From Candidatus Poribacteria bacterium (lineage in GTDB: Bacteria > Poribacteria > WGA-4E > GCA-2687025): a stretch of DNA of 64,000 bases. Under the pieces are notes generated by a model, which made no database searches, was not told where the DNA came from, and saw nothing but the letters and a program-made list of their open reading frames with translations. The stretch is taken from positions 480,001 through 544,000 of the forward strand of contig OY762492.1 in the NCBI GenBank assembly GCA_963665845.2, read 5' to 3'. The translations under genes and the position numbers were made by a program. This document shows, piece by piece, positions 10,154 through 20,377 of the stretch (position 1 is the stretch's first letter; each line of letters starts with the position of its first letter).

Positions 10154-10705
10154 ATGCGAGAAGCGGTTGAAATCGAAGAGCGGATGAGCAAGACGATTGA
10201 AGCGACGCTGCAGGAGTTCAACAGCGTGCGGACGGGGCGCGCGTCCCCCGCGCTGGTGGAATCGCTTCAGATCGAGTATTACGGATCGAAGACGCCGTTG
10301 AATCAGCTGGCGTCCATCACGGTTCCGGAGCCGCGCCTCCTGCTCATCAAGCCGTGGGACAAGACGGCGGTCAAGGAGATACGGAAGGCGGTCGCCGCGT
10401 CCAGTTTGGGTTTGAACCCGATTGAAGATGAGAACGCGCTGCGCATCGTCATCCCAGAGCTGACCGAGGAACGGCGCATTGAGTTGACGCGCGTCGTGCG
10501 GCAGATTGCGGAGAAGGGGCGCGTCGCCATCCGCAGCGTGCGCCGAAAAGCCATTGAGTCGATCCGCAAAAGCGAAAAAGCGGGCAACATCTCCAAAGAC
10601 GACCGGCACGGACAAGAGATTGACGTTCAGGAGGTCACCGATCAGTATATTGAGGAGCTGGACAGGCTTCTCAAGGAAAAAGAAGACGAGCTGATGAATC
10701 GGTGA
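10154..10705 (+). CDS. frr: Ribosome recycling factor
   Basis: VRTGRASP, PELTEERR, RVAIRSVRR. Confidence 0.97.
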   Translation: MREAVEIEERMSKTIEATLQEFNSVRTGRASPALVESLQIEYYGSKTPLNQLASITVPEPRLLLIKPWDKTAVKEIRKAVAASSLGLNPIEDENALRIVIPELTEERRIELTRVVRQIAEKGRVAIRSVRRKAIESIRKSEKAGNISKDDRHGQEIDVQEVTDQYIEELDRLLKEKEDELMNR

Positions 10706-10756
10706 GATGAAGTTATTCGCGGCGATGGCGGCTTGATCGGAAGATGTATCTGTTAA

Positions 10757-10830
10757 GATTCCCGCTTACGCGGGAATGACAAGGAAGAGGCGCGGGAATG
10801 CATGTCCCCACGGAACCGGCGGCGGGGACG
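10757..10830. repeat. REP palindrome plus tandem half-REP
   Basis: GATTCCCGCTTACGCGGGAATGAC followed by a second GCGGGAATG; between convergent genes. Confidence 0.85.
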
Positions 10831-10839
10831 AACCGGCGG

Positions 10840-11535
10840 CTAGGCGTTTTCGGCGGTCTGCTCTAAGCGTATGAGCAGGCGGCCGAGGCGCAGGCGCAGC
10901 AGCGAATGGTATAGAAACGCGAGCAGGGCGACCTGAACATTGACCGGCATCATCGGCTGGGCAATGATGCCCATCGCGCGTTCGATTCGGCTGGCGATGC
11001 TGCGCGTTTGCTCCCATGTCATGTCGGCGTCTTCGATGCCGGAGGCGATGCGCATAAAGGACCAAAGCTCATCCTGTATTTCAGGGAGAAAACTGCGCGC
11101 CATCGCGGAATGCGCTTTTTCGCCGGCATCGATAAAGGCGGTGTTCGATTTCCAGTTCAGGTAAAAGCTAAGCCCGTTGATGAGCATGTCGCGGAGGGAG
11201 AGGTCCTCTCCGCTGATATACTCCTCGCCGAAGCCTACCAGGTCGGAGCCGGCGCCCAGTTTTCGGGCGGAACGGTAATCTTTTATTTCGGCGATGGATT
11301 CAGCGTGTTCGGTGAGCAGGCGGGCTAGGCTGGCGGCGGTCTGGATGAGCTGGTCGATTTCGTCGGCGAGGTCGTCGGGCAGGGCGGCGCGCGCGAAATG
11401 CGCCAACGCAAAGGCGTCGTTGCGCCACTTCCAGAGCGCCGGCGCGGTCAATTTAGAGATGTCGACCGAGACGGGGGGCGCCAGTCGGCGGCGGGTATGC
11501 TGGATCGCTTCTTCTATCGCTTCGTTCAATTCCAT
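10840..11535 (-). CDS. Hypothetical helical protein
   Basis: 231-aa ORF filling the interval; no family recognised. Confidence 0.65.
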   Translation of the reverse strand: MELNEAIEEAIQHTRRRLAPPVSVDISKLTAPALWKWRNDAFALAHFARAALPDDLADEIDQLIQTAASLARLLTEHAESIAEIKDYRSARKLGAGSDLVGFGEEYISGEDLSLRDMLINGLSFYLNWKSNTAFIDAGEKAHSAMARSFLPEIQDELWSFMRIASGIEDADMTWEQTRSIASRIERAMGIIAQPMMPVNVQVALLAFLYHSLLRLRLGRLLIRLEQTAENA

Positions 11536-11608
11536 GATGCATGCATGATGCCGTCACCCGCCGCTTAACGCAAGCTGCGGCGCTCATCTCATGACTCATG
11601 GTCATGGC

Positions 11609-13519
11609 TCATGGCGCCTGATTGACGAGGTGGGCGATGTCCCAAAGCCGTATCGTCCCGCTGAAACAGGCGACCGCCAACATTGAACCGTCCGGCGAAA
11701 AGGCGAGGCAGCCCGCTCCTGGATACGCATAAACGGCGAGCCGCTCCCCGGTGTCGACCGACCATATCTGAACGGCGGTCTCTTCCGTCCCGACCTCGTC
11801 CGTCGTACAGCCCAGATACCGTCCGCAGGGCGAAAAGGCGTAGTAGCAGTCATCGCCTCGATGATCCCATTCTTCAGGCAATGCGATTCTCAAGCGAGCC
11901 TCCCGCCGCTCAATGTCCCACAACACAACCGCTTCTTCAGAATGCTCATAACCGGCGATCAACCTGCCGTCAGGAGAAATAGCAAGATTCCGCCCCTCAA
12001 TCCGCTTATCGTCGGCATCCAACATGCATTCTCTGGTTTGATGATCCCATATGTTCCATCCGCCCTTCGGCTCACCCGCCAGATAGTTTCCGTCAGGACT
12101 CAGGCTGGGTTGGCAATAAAGATCCAGTATGCGAATCGGCATTCCTGTACGGGCGTCCCAGAGGCTGGCGCTTCCATCCTTGGCGTTATGGCAGACGAGC
12201 CCCGCCGCCATGGAAATCGACGTCTTGCGGACGTCCGCAAAAATCGGACCCCTGTACTCAACAGGAGGCATCGCGCTGCCGCCGATCTCTCGAAGCCGAA
12301 CCGCATGGTCGCTTTCGCTGAAACTGGCGAGAAACAGCTTGCCGTCCGGCGCCTCGTCCATCGAAAAGCAGCCTTCGCCTTCTGGACTTATCCGGCGGGG
12401 CGGACGATCCGCTGACTGGACATCCCACAATAATGCGCCGTCCCAAAAGCCAACGGACGCCAAGGTCTTGCCGTCCTGTAAAAAACGAAGCGAATTAAAG
12501 CCGCTCAAATGGGTATGTTGTCCGATGCGCGGCTCATCCGCGCCATGTTCCCAGATGCGCCATTCAAGGTGGTTCAGGTATGCCAGCGTTGATCCATCCA
12601 GAAAAACAGCCCCTCTATTTCCAGTCCATCCAGCGCGCGGTTCGTCGGCGAAGACGATCTGTTCCCGCTCCACATCCCATATGCGCAAGGAGCCATGATC
12701 GCTAGGTTGAGGTTGTCCCGCGGCGCGCAGAACGCCTTCGGGCGTGTACGAAACATGCATGAGCCGTTCGCCGTAGCCGGCATAACTCTGCGCCAGCCGA
12801 CCTGCGTTGACGTCCCACACCTGAACGGACGCCCATTCCCCCGCCGCAAGATACTGTCCGCATGGAGAAAAGCAGAGGTTGCGCGCCTTCGCGCCTTCGA
12901 GATGCGCGGCGATGGTACCCGTTTCCAATTCCCAAACGGAAACGCTTTTTTGATCATGGCCGATGTTGGTACTGCATGCTACGAGACGCCCGTCGGAGGA
13001 GAACGTAAGCGGGCCGCTCCAATGGTTGACGCCTTTTTCTTTCATCGGCGGGATCTTTTCTCCCGTTTCCGCATGCCAGATGTCCAGATATCCCGCGTCG
13101 CCGTCGCGGTCGTCCTTGACGGCGGCAAACCATCTGCCATCCGGCGAAAAGGCGGTCGCACAAATCCACCCCTTATGAGTCGCCGTTAGAGATGAATCCA
13201 GGTTTCCGCTTTCGATGTCCCAGATACGTACGAAGTTCCGAGCGGATGTCGCAACCTGACGACCCGACGGCGAAAACGCGACATTATGGAAGTCGCGCGC
13301 TTCGCCTTTCCAGAGAGCGATGGGAGACACGGAGGCGGCGTCATACCACCATAGACCTGCATCGCACGCGACCGCGAGATAAGCGCCGTCTGGAGAAAGC
13401 GCCAGAGCTTCCACATACCCCTGACCCAATCGGGCGGTCAAACCCTTCGAGTCGGACAGACTCCATTGGGAGATGTTTGGATTTCCGCGGTCGGGTTGAA
13501 ACGGGGTGGGGCAGCGCAT
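11609..13519 (-). CDS. WD40-repeat protein (probably two propellers)
   Basis: Many FSPDG/FSPCG...I.lWD repeats; GGAGG RBS before ATG at 13519. Confidence 0.9.
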   Translation of the reverse strand: MRCPTPFQPDRGNPNISQWSLSDSKGLTARLGQGYVEALALSPDGAYLAVACDAGLWWYDAASVSPIALWKGEARDFHNVAFSPSGRQVATSARNFVRIWDIESGNLDSSLTATHKGWICATAFSPDGRWFAAVKDDRDGDAGYLDIWHAETGEKIPPMKEKGVNHWSGPLTFSSDGRLVACSTNIGHDQKSVSVWELETGTIAAHLEGAKARNLCFSPCGQYLAAGEWASVQVWDVNAGRLAQSYAGYGERLMHVSYTPEGVLRAAGQPQPSDHGSLRIWDVEREQIVFADEPRAGWTGNRGAVFLDGSTLAYLNHLEWRIWEHGADEPRIGQHTHLSGFNSLRFLQDGKTLASVGFWDGALLWDVQSADRPPRRISPEGEGCFSMDEAPDGKLFLASFSESDHAVRLREIGGSAMPPVEYRGPIFADVRKTSISMAAGLVCHNAKDGSASLWDARTGMPIRILDLYCQPSLSPDGNYLAGEPKGGWNIWDHQTRECMLDADDKRIEGRNLAISPDGRLIAGYEHSEEAVVLWDIERREARLRIALPEEWDHRGDDCYYAFSPCGRYLGCTTDEVGTEETAVQIWSVDTGERLAVYAYPGAGCLAFSPDGSMLAVACFSGTIRLWDIAHLVNQAP

Positions 13520-13662
13520 GAGAAATCCTCCGATGTAAAGGCGCGGGCGGCAGCCGCCTCTCTTAGCGGACATGCCTGCAAGAAATTAATATACTAAAGA
13601 ACGCATGAGCGCCACTCAACCGCCGTGAACCTTGGCGCTTGATCTGGATGGATCGGCGCGGT

Positions 13663-14895
13663 TTATTCTTCGGCGGGGTTGGCGTCGCCTTTGAGCCTGT
13701 CTATTTCTTGTTGAGCGTCGGTCATTCCGACGCGGGCGTCGCGGTCGGTGGGGGATAATTCATATGCGGCTGCGAAATGGCGGCGCGCCTCTTCATAATC
13801 TGAAAGGGTCTTCGCGTTCAAGGTGAGTATTCGACCCGCTTCGATCCATGCGTCAATGTCTTCCGGATCGATCTGCGTGATCTCCTGATAGACGCGCAGG
13901 ATGTCCATTTCCGGCTCTCTGTTTCGGCGCATATCCAACGCTCTCTCGGCGAGGGCGGATGTCAACTCGCGCATGACAGCGTCGTACTCTTCTAAGTCCG
14001 CGCTCAACGCTTTCTCATGCGCGTCGCGCAGCTCTTTCAACGCCCTGTCGCCGCGCCGTTTGGACAGCATTCGCGCATACGCGGCATCTTCGGCGTTGCC
14101 GTTCCGCTCCGCGTCAGCCGCCTGACGACGATGGTAACGCGCCAGCTGGCGGTAGGTCCGCCCGATCTGCAGATACGCCTGAACGCCGAACGGCGCCTCC
14201 TCCAGCGGCGGCGTCTTCAGCTCTTCGTCCAACGCGATGGCGCGGCGGTAGGAGCTTAGCGCCTCTGTAAATTTGCCGTCCGCCTGGTACGCGGTTCCAA
14301 GATAATAGAGCGCCTCCGGGTTGTCGGGGTTGACGCGCAGCGCGGACTCATAGACCAGCGCGGCGACTTTTGACTTGCCCTCATCCCGCAAAATCTTTGC
14401 GAAGATGAGACGCGCTTCTAAATGGTCAGGGTCGCGCTCCAGGACCTCGTCCAGCAGCTGAATCGAGTTGGCGTTCCAGTTGTTTAAAAGAAAAACGCGC
14501 GCCAGCTGAATGCGCGAGCGCCGGTTGTCAGGGTCGCGCTTCAGGACGTCATAATACAGCGCCGCCGCGCCCGCCATATCCATCGATTCGTACGCTTCGT
14601 CTGCCTGTTTTAGCAGTTTCGCAGCGCTCTGCGCAATGCGCGCCAGCTGGGCGGGGGCGCGCGGATTGTCAGGGTCGCGCTTCAAGACATCCCGATACAG
14701 CGCCGCAGCGCCCTCCAGATCCTTCGATTCATACGCTTCGTCTGCCTGCTTTAGCAGCTCCGCGGCGCTCTCCGCCGGCGCCTCTATGTCCATGTTATCT
14801 GCGCCGCTGCGGTCGACGGCGATCCGCCACGCGACCGTCGCCGTCAACAGGATAAACAGCGCCGCTTCTAAATAAGCAGGCAACCTTCCTTTCAT
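13663..14895 (-). CDS. Membrane-anchored tetratricopeptide repeat protein
   Basis: N-terminal TM; repeats LLKQADEAYES...VLKRDPDN, PDNPEALYYLG. Confidence 0.88.
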   Translation of the reverse strand: MKGRLPAYLEAALFILLTATVAWRIAVDRSGADNMDIEAPAESAAELLKQADEAYESKDLEGAAALYRDVLKRDPDNPRAPAQLARIAQSAAKLLKQADEAYESMDMAGAAALYYDVLKRDPDNRRSRIQLARVFLLNNWNANSIQLLDEVLERDPDHLEARLIFAKILRDEGKSKVAALVYESALRVNPDNPEALYYLGTAYQADGKFTEALSSYRRAIALDEELKTPPLEEAPFGVQAYLQIGRTYRQLARYHRRQAADAERNGNAEDAAYARMLSKRRGDRALKELRDAHEKALSADLEEYDAVMRELTSALAERALDMRRNREPEMDILRVYQEITQIDPEDIDAWIEAGRILTLNAKTLSDYEEARRHFAAAYELSPTDRDARVGMTDAQQEIDRLKGDANPAEE

Positions 14896-16148
14896 GCCGA
14901 CTCCTTCCGCAATTGTCGGGCGCGCGCATGGAAGAGACCCGCAATCGCCGCTGTCAACGGAATCGTGATCACCAGCCCCAGCGTCCCGGAGATGATGCGC
15001 ACAATCTCCGCCGCTATGACCGAAAGGCTGAACAGCTGCATCGCCGAATACGGAAACACATCGGTTCCCGTCACTGCCAGCACAATCAATAGGCGCATCC
15101 CGAAATACACAAACACAACCGTGTTCGTCATCGTCCCCAGAATATCGGTGCCGACATTCATTCCGGACGCCATGAGGCGCGGTATGCTCAAATTCGGGTT
15201 TGCCTCGTTCACCTCTTCGATGGCGGAGGCAACCTCAATGGCGGCGTCGTTCGCCACGCCGAGCAGACCAATCAGCATTCCCGCCATGAGAAGTCCGGCA
15301 AAGTCGAGATGGTTCACCGACTGGGACGCCACTAGATCGGTCGCGTTCGCTTTTTCAAGTCCTGTGAAATGTAGATGTTCTTGGGCGTAAATCACGAGGA
15401 AGCCGGCGATGACGACTCCGCCCATGGTGCCTAAAATGGCGGCGTACGTTTTTCTGCCGAAACCAGCCACAATCAGCCGGGACTGGAACGATATGAGCGC
15501 GCATGTCAACACGATTGACCAGATCGGATCGTACCCTTTATGGATCATCGGGAGCATGACGTAGTAAAGAATGAAGCCGTTGACGACCATCGTCAGCGCC
15601 GCGCGTATTCCCGCCGAGCGTCCAACGATGATGACCACCGCAAACAGAATGCCCAGCAGCCCGATGATGAACTGGTCGCGGCTGTAACCCTGCACATTGC
15701 CGCGCGCGTTCAGGATCTCCCCCGACCCGCCGACGCGGCACAGAATGATGTCGCCCGGCTCCACATTCGTGTTGAGCATCGGAAAGCTGAGCGGCTGCAG
15801 GTCGATGCGGAACAGGGAGCGCTTGCCTTTATGCTGCCCGCCGAGCAGCTCAATCTCCATGATGCGCACCACATTGTCGCTCGACTCTTCCAACGGAGCC
15901 TCGTCCTCATTCACGCCGAGCCGCTCTTCGAGTCTTCTTACCAGATTTTCAGGCGATTCATCCAGCAAACGCGCCTCCGACAACACCCGCCCCTTCACAT
16001 AATACTCGGTCGTGATCACATTTCCGTTCTCGTCCTTCACCTCGTTGATCGTGGAGGAGCGGGTTTGCATGTTTGTATACAGAAAATGCGTCCCGAGAAA
16101 GACGGCTACCAGCGCGATCGGCATCTGAAACCGTTTGATCTTTTTCAT
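14892..16148 (-). CDS. YibE/F family membrane protein
   Basis: GLLGVANDAAIEVAS, GMNVGTDILGTMTNT, LGLVITIPLTA. Confidence 0.88.
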   Translation of the reverse strand: MKKIKRFQMPIALVAVFLGTHFLYTNMQTRSSTINEVKDENGNVITTEYYVKGRVLSEARLLDESPENLVRRLEERLGVNEDEAPLEESSDNVVRIMEIELLGGQHKGKRSLFRIDLQPLSFPMLNTNVEPGDIILCRVGGSGEILNARGNVQGYSRDQFIIGLLGILFAVVIIVGRSAGIRAALTMVVNGFILYYVMLPMIHKGYDPIWSIVLTCALISFQSRLIVAGFGRKTYAAILGTMGGVVIAGFLVIYAQEHLHFTGLEKANATDLVASQSVNHLDFAGLLMAGMLIGLLGVANDAAIEVASAIEEVNEANPNLSIPRLMASGMNVGTDILGTMTNTVVFVYFGMRLLIVLAVTGTDVFPYSAMQLFSLSVIAAEIVRIISGTLGLVITIPLTAAIAGLFHARARQLRKESA

Positions 16149-17683
16149 GGCGCTTCCCCCTCTTCACCCGCCGGGACAAACCGCGCCGTTAGCAGTCCGG
16201 CGATGAAGGCGCTGATCGGAATCGCCAGCGTCAATCCGAGCGTTCCCATGAGCGCATGCACCGCCTCGACCGCCACATCCTCCTCGTTTAAAATGCGCAT
16301 GAACGGATAGAGCCTGCCCGATTCGCCAAAATCGAGACCCGGCATGACGATGAAGACCAGGTCGGCGCCGATGAAGGCGAAGATGAGCGTGTCGGTCATG
16401 GTGCTCATGATGTCTTTGCCGACGTTGTAGCCCGCTTTCATGGCGCCGACGACGGAGATGTTCGGGTTCGCCTTTTTGACTTCGTAGATGGTGGACGAGA
16501 CCGACATGCTGACATCCATCATGGCGCCGAGGGCGGCGATGATGAGACCCGCCGATAGAAAATCTAAAAAGGGCCAGAAGCGGGAGGTTTCATCTCGCCA
16601 CAGCGCGGCGCCGAGGTCCGTATATCCGAACTCAACCGCCAAACCCGTGAACCAGAGCGTCTTGCTGGCGATCCAGGAGATCAAGCCGCAGGCGAGCAGT
16701 CCGCCGACGGTGCCAAGCGAGCCGGAGATCACCTTCGCGCTAAAGCCTGTGATGATCGTAAAGGTAACAAGCGTGATGACGAGCGAGACGAAAAGCGCCA
16801 ACGGAAGCGGGCGCATGCCAATCAAAACGACGGAGCCTTCCATCAAAATGCCGGCGACGACGGCCGCCGCCGCGACGCCCAGCATGGAGAGCGCAATGCC
16901 GCCTTTGCCGGAGCGCCAGCGCTGAAATATCCAGACGACGCCGGCGGCAAGCCACAAAAAGCCGATGATGAGAAAGCCGTTGCGCCCGGCTTCAGCGGAC
17001 GCGCCGAGAAGGCCAGGGACAAAGACCAGCATCAAAAGCGCGAGGGAGCTGACCGTCGCAAAGATGGTCAACAGCCCCTTGACGCCGCCGACCAGAATGA
17101 GCGACAAGCCCAAGACGGAAATAAGACGCCATAAAAACGTGTTGCGGTAATACCCGCGCAGCTCCGGCACAACGCGGTCGATTTCCTCTATGCGCTTGAG
17201 AGCGAGCTCCAAGAACAGCTTGTCGCCGATGTTGTAGATATGGTCGTCCAGCTGCCCTTGGAAGCGGTTGCCGACAACTTTCACGTTTTTGCGGAAGTCA
17301 TGCCCCGCTTGCCGCAGCTCCTTTGGCCAGGTGTCGATGCGGATCGTCAGCGCTTGGTCTTGATCCTCGATGACGCGCAGCAGGTTTCCTGGCTCGTTCC
17401 CCGTCGTCAATTCGATTTCCTCGTCGTTGACAATCAGGACGATGTCGCCGGTCATGTCCGATTCGGCGATGGTTCCGATGAGCGTCGGCTTGCCGCGCCG
17501 ATAAACGATGTCGCCCGTCTGGATGTCCACGACGGTTCCGACGCAGACGACGCGGGTCACGGCGCCCTCTTGCCTCGCGTCGGCGTAGTTGGCGATCCAT
17601 CGGTCCGCGACCGTAAACAGCGCCAGCAGAACGGCGCATAAAACCGCCTTGACGCGCCAGCTGTAGATGAAGTCGTCGTTCAT
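16145..17683 (-). CDS. YibE/F family membrane protein (longer paralog)
   Basis: ALGAMMDVSMSVSS, GYNVGKDIMSTMTDTLIFAF, LGLTLAIPISA. Confidence 0.88.
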   Translation of the reverse strand: MNDDFIYSWRVKAVLCAVLLALFTVADRWIANYADARQEGAVTRVVCVGTVVDIQTGDIVYRRGKPTLIGTIAESDMTGDIVLIVNDEEIELTTGNEPGNLLRVIEDQDQALTIRIDTWPKELRQAGHDFRKNVKVVGNRFQGQLDDHIYNIGDKLFLELALKRIEEIDRVVPELRGYYRNTFLWRLISVLGLSLILVGGVKGLLTIFATVSSLALLMLVFVPGLLGASAEAGRNGFLIIGFLWLAAGVVWIFQRWRSGKGGIALSMLGVAAAAVVAGILMEGSVVLIGMRPLPLALFVSLVITLVTFTIITGFSAKVISGSLGTVGGLLACGLISWIASKTLWFTGLAVEFGYTDLGAALWRDETSRFWPFLDFLSAGLIIAALGAMMDVSMSVSSTIYEVKKANPNISVVGAMKAGYNVGKDIMSTMTDTLIFAFIGADLVFIVMPGLDFGESGRLYPFMRILNEEDVAVEAVHALMGTLGLTLAIPISAFIAGLLTARFVPAGEEGEAP

Positions 17684-17772
17684 GGTTCTCTCTACGGGTT
17701 TGCTTTAGATTACTACATTATGAGGCGGAGCGTAAGGGCGATTTTCGACGGACAGAGCGCGGGTTTCTGGAC

Positions 17773-17915
17773 TCCCCCCCTTGAAAAGGGGGGCTGGGGG
17801 GTTTAAAGGACGCGCGCGGCGTCTGCGACGCCTAAGATTCCCGTTTTCACGGGAATGACGGCCGGCGGCGCCGCCGCTTTATGGTCAAAATGAAATTCAT
17901 CGCATGGGCGTACCG
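17773..17915. repeat. Repeat mosaic (CCCCCTTGAAAAGGGGG hairpin + REP variant)
   Basis: CCCCCCTTGAAAAGGGGGG, then GATTCCCGTTTTCACGGGAATGAC, then CATCGCATGGGCGTAC module. Confidence 0.85.
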
Positions 17916-17988
17916 CCTTTTTCCGTCGGCAGTTGACGAATGCCGCGCCATCGGCGACGATAGGCGTCAACAAAACAGGGAGCGCGCC

Positions 17989-19347
17989 ATGAACATCGTC
18001 GTCATCGTCTCGGACACCTACCGCTACGACTACATCGGAGCGAACGGAAACGACTGGATCAAAACGCCGGAGCTGGACGCCTTCGCCGAAAAGGGCGTCA
18101 GTTTTGACAACTATTATGTCTCCTCCTTCCCGACGATACCGACGCGCACCGACTGGTTCACCGGGACATACGGCTTTCCGTTTTACGGCTGGAAGCCGCT
18201 GGATCCGTCCGTTCCGGTGATGGCAACGCTGCTGGCGCGGGAAGGGTATGTGAACCAGCTGATTGTCGACACGCCGCATATGATGAAGGCGACGGCGCAT
18301 TTTGACCGCGGCTTTCATGGGGCGATGTGGGTACGGGGGCAGGAGGGCGACACGCCGCTCACATGGATGAACGACCCGATTCAACATCGAACGCCTGAAG
18401 AGAAGACGCGGACGCGGCCCAAGCCGTTCGGCAATGTGCTGGCGAATGTGCATGCGTGGCAAAATCACCGCGGCTGGGAGTCGGGCGAGGATCGGTTCGT
18501 CGCAAAGACATGCCGCGCCGCGTCCAAATGGGTTGAGCATAATTACAAGGCGGAGAAGTTTTTTCTCTGGGTCGACTGCTTCGATGTCCATGAGCCGTGG
18601 GACCCGCCCGAATATCTTGTGGAGATGTACGACGATTCAGGCTACGACGGACCGCCGATGTTTCATCCAAACTACGGACCCGCCTCCGACTACACGCCGG
18701 AGGAGCTGTCGAACCTGCGGGCGCATTACGCGGGCGAGGCGACGCTCGTAAGCCAGCATGTCGGACGGCTGCTGCGGACGCTGGAGGACACGGGCGCGAT
18801 GGAGCGAACCGCCGTCTTTTTTATGGCGGATCATGGCATGTATCTCGGCGAACACAACCGAACGGGCAAGTCGAACATCTCTGAAAACGACGACCGAGGA
18901 AGCTGGCCGCTTTACCGCGAAGTGTCGCATATACCGCTCATCGCGTATATGCCGGGCGCGGAAGGCGGGCGGCGCGTCTCGCAGCTGGTTCAGCCGCCGG
19001 ACATTCTGCCGACCGTGTGCGAGTTGACAGGAACCGCGCCGCCTGAACGGATGGACGGACATTCGCTGCTGCCGCTCATACGGGGAGAGGAGGTTGATTG
19101 GCAGCGCCAGCTTGCCGTCTCGTCCGCAGGGAAGCTCTCGATCACGGACGGCAGCTGGTCGCTCATCCTTGGACGCAACGGAGAGATTGCGCCGGAGCTG
19201 TACGATCTCGCGGCGGATCCGGGCGAATCGAACAATGTCGCCGCGGATTGTCCGGCGATGGTCAAAAACATGCGGAACGGATGCGCGCAGTTTTTGCGCT
19301 CGCTCGGCGCCGACAAGGAACGGGTAAGGGCGCTGTACGCTCAATGA
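17989..19347 (+). CDS. Sulfatase/alkaline-phosphatase superfamily hydrolase with TxPxR motif
   Basis: NIVVIVSDT.R.D, TPELD, TIPTRTDWFTG, DVHEPWDPP, ADHG, ELYDL..DPGE..N. Confidence 0.88.
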   Translation: MNIVVIVSDTYRYDYIGANGNDWIKTPELDAFAEKGVSFDNYYVSSFPTIPTRTDWFTGTYGFPFYGWKPLDPSVPVMATLLAREGYVNQLIVDTPHMMKATAHFDRGFHGAMWVRGQEGDTPLTWMNDPIQHRTPEEKTRTRPKPFGNVLANVHAWQNHRGWESGEDRFVAKTCRAASKWVEHNYKAEKFFLWVDCFDVHEPWDPPEYLVEMYDDSGYDGPPMFHPNYGPASDYTPEELSNLRAHYAGEATLVSQHVGRLLRTLEDTGAMERTAVFFMADHGMYLGEHNRTGKSNISENDDRGSWPLYREVSHIPLIAYMPGAEGGRRVSQLVQPPDILPTVCELTGTAPPERMDGHSLLPLIRGEEVDWQRQLAVSSAGKLSITDGSWSLILGRNGEIAPELYDLAADPGESNNVAADCPAMVKNMRNGCAQFLRSLGADKERVRALYAQ

Positions 19348-19361
19348 CCGCCTAGGCGGCG

Positions 19362-20342
19362 CTACATTCTTTCCAAGAGATATTCGATGTTGACCGTCAG
19401 CAGCGCATCCATCTCTGGCTCAACAAGCTTCCGCTTGACCAGACTCTGCGTTTCCGTCAAGATGTTTTGAAAGCCGCGCTTGGCGACTGCAGTTTTGCCG
19501 CTCTCCGCCGCTTCAATCGCCGAAAACAGCCGCTTGCGGAACCGATCGCGCACAGGGGCGGTTTTCTTGTCGCCGTTCACCCAGCCCAGCTTGACGCCCT
19601 GATCATACAAACCGCCGATATACTGCGCAAAGAGAACCGCGTCAAACACAGCAGGCTCCGGAACCGGACCGACAACGCTCCCTTTGACATAGTTTGCATG
19701 AAAACCCGGCGATTCAACCGCCTCGTTCAGGATATTTCTTTTGGCAGATCCACCTGAGTATGCCGCGAGGATTCCCGGCAGCCCCGGCGCGTCCAGCGTG
19801 AAGTTTTGCAGCTCTGCCCCGGGAGCGATGTAGGGTGATTTCTCATGCGGCGCGCGCGGCAAACCTGACCATCGAACCCAATTATGAACCTTCGAATTCA
19901 GAGTGCGCCGGAAGTACCATCCCTTCGGCGGTTTGATATTCATCGGCGCGGTTTTCGGCGTCGTCATCTCAAGGACCATCGTGCGCATGGATTGCTGACT
20001 CGTCTTGGCGCTCGCCACTTTGTATCTGTATCGGTATCCCCGCTGTATCTTGGACTGAGAGCCGCTGCCGCTGTCAGAGCCGTCCAGCTTCTCAACGGTC
20101 GTTGAAACGACAACGTCCACCTTGTTGGAGGGGTGGTAGATCAGGAACTTCACTTGACCGTCGTAGTCTCGGTAGTAGATTTTCAGATCGCCTGTTTCTT
20201 TGATGAACTCCGCATCGAGATTGTATTTGCGCACCTTCTCAATGTCCAGCATGCGTTTAAACGGGACCCGCTTTGCGAAAGCTCCCGACGCGAAGCAGAG
20301 ACAGAAACAGATTGCCGCGATTCGTTTCCATTGCCGTTTCAT
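19362..20342 (-). CDS. Hypothetical exported protein
   Basis: Signal peptide MKRQWKRIAAICFCLCFASGAFA; beta-rich body, helical C-terminus. Confidence 0.65.
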   Translation of the reverse strand: MKRQWKRIAAICFCLCFASGAFAKRVPFKRMLDIEKVRKYNLDAEFIKETGDLKIYYRDYDGQVKFLIYHPSNKVDVVVSTTVEKLDGSDSGSGSQSKIQRGYRYRYKVASAKTSQQSMRTMVLEMTTPKTAPMNIKPPKGWYFRRTLNSKVHNWVRWSGLPRAPHEKSPYIAPGAELQNFTLDAPGLPGILAAYSGGSAKRNILNEAVESPGFHANYVKGSVVGPVPEPAVFDAVLFAQYIGGLYDQGVKLGWVNGDKKTAPVRDRFRKRLFSAIEAAESGKTAVAKRGFQNILTETQSLVKRKLVEPEMDALLTVNIEYLLERM

Positions 20343-20377
20343 GCGGCGCTGCATTCTCTCCAAGAGATAGTCGATTC

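Noticed and set aside
8486-10615. 709-aa minus-strand ORF
   Set aside because: Antisense shadow of rpsB-tsf-frr, typical of high-GC DNA; the same applies to 37497..38921 (leuC), 25484..26578, 46335..47540 and 51174..52358
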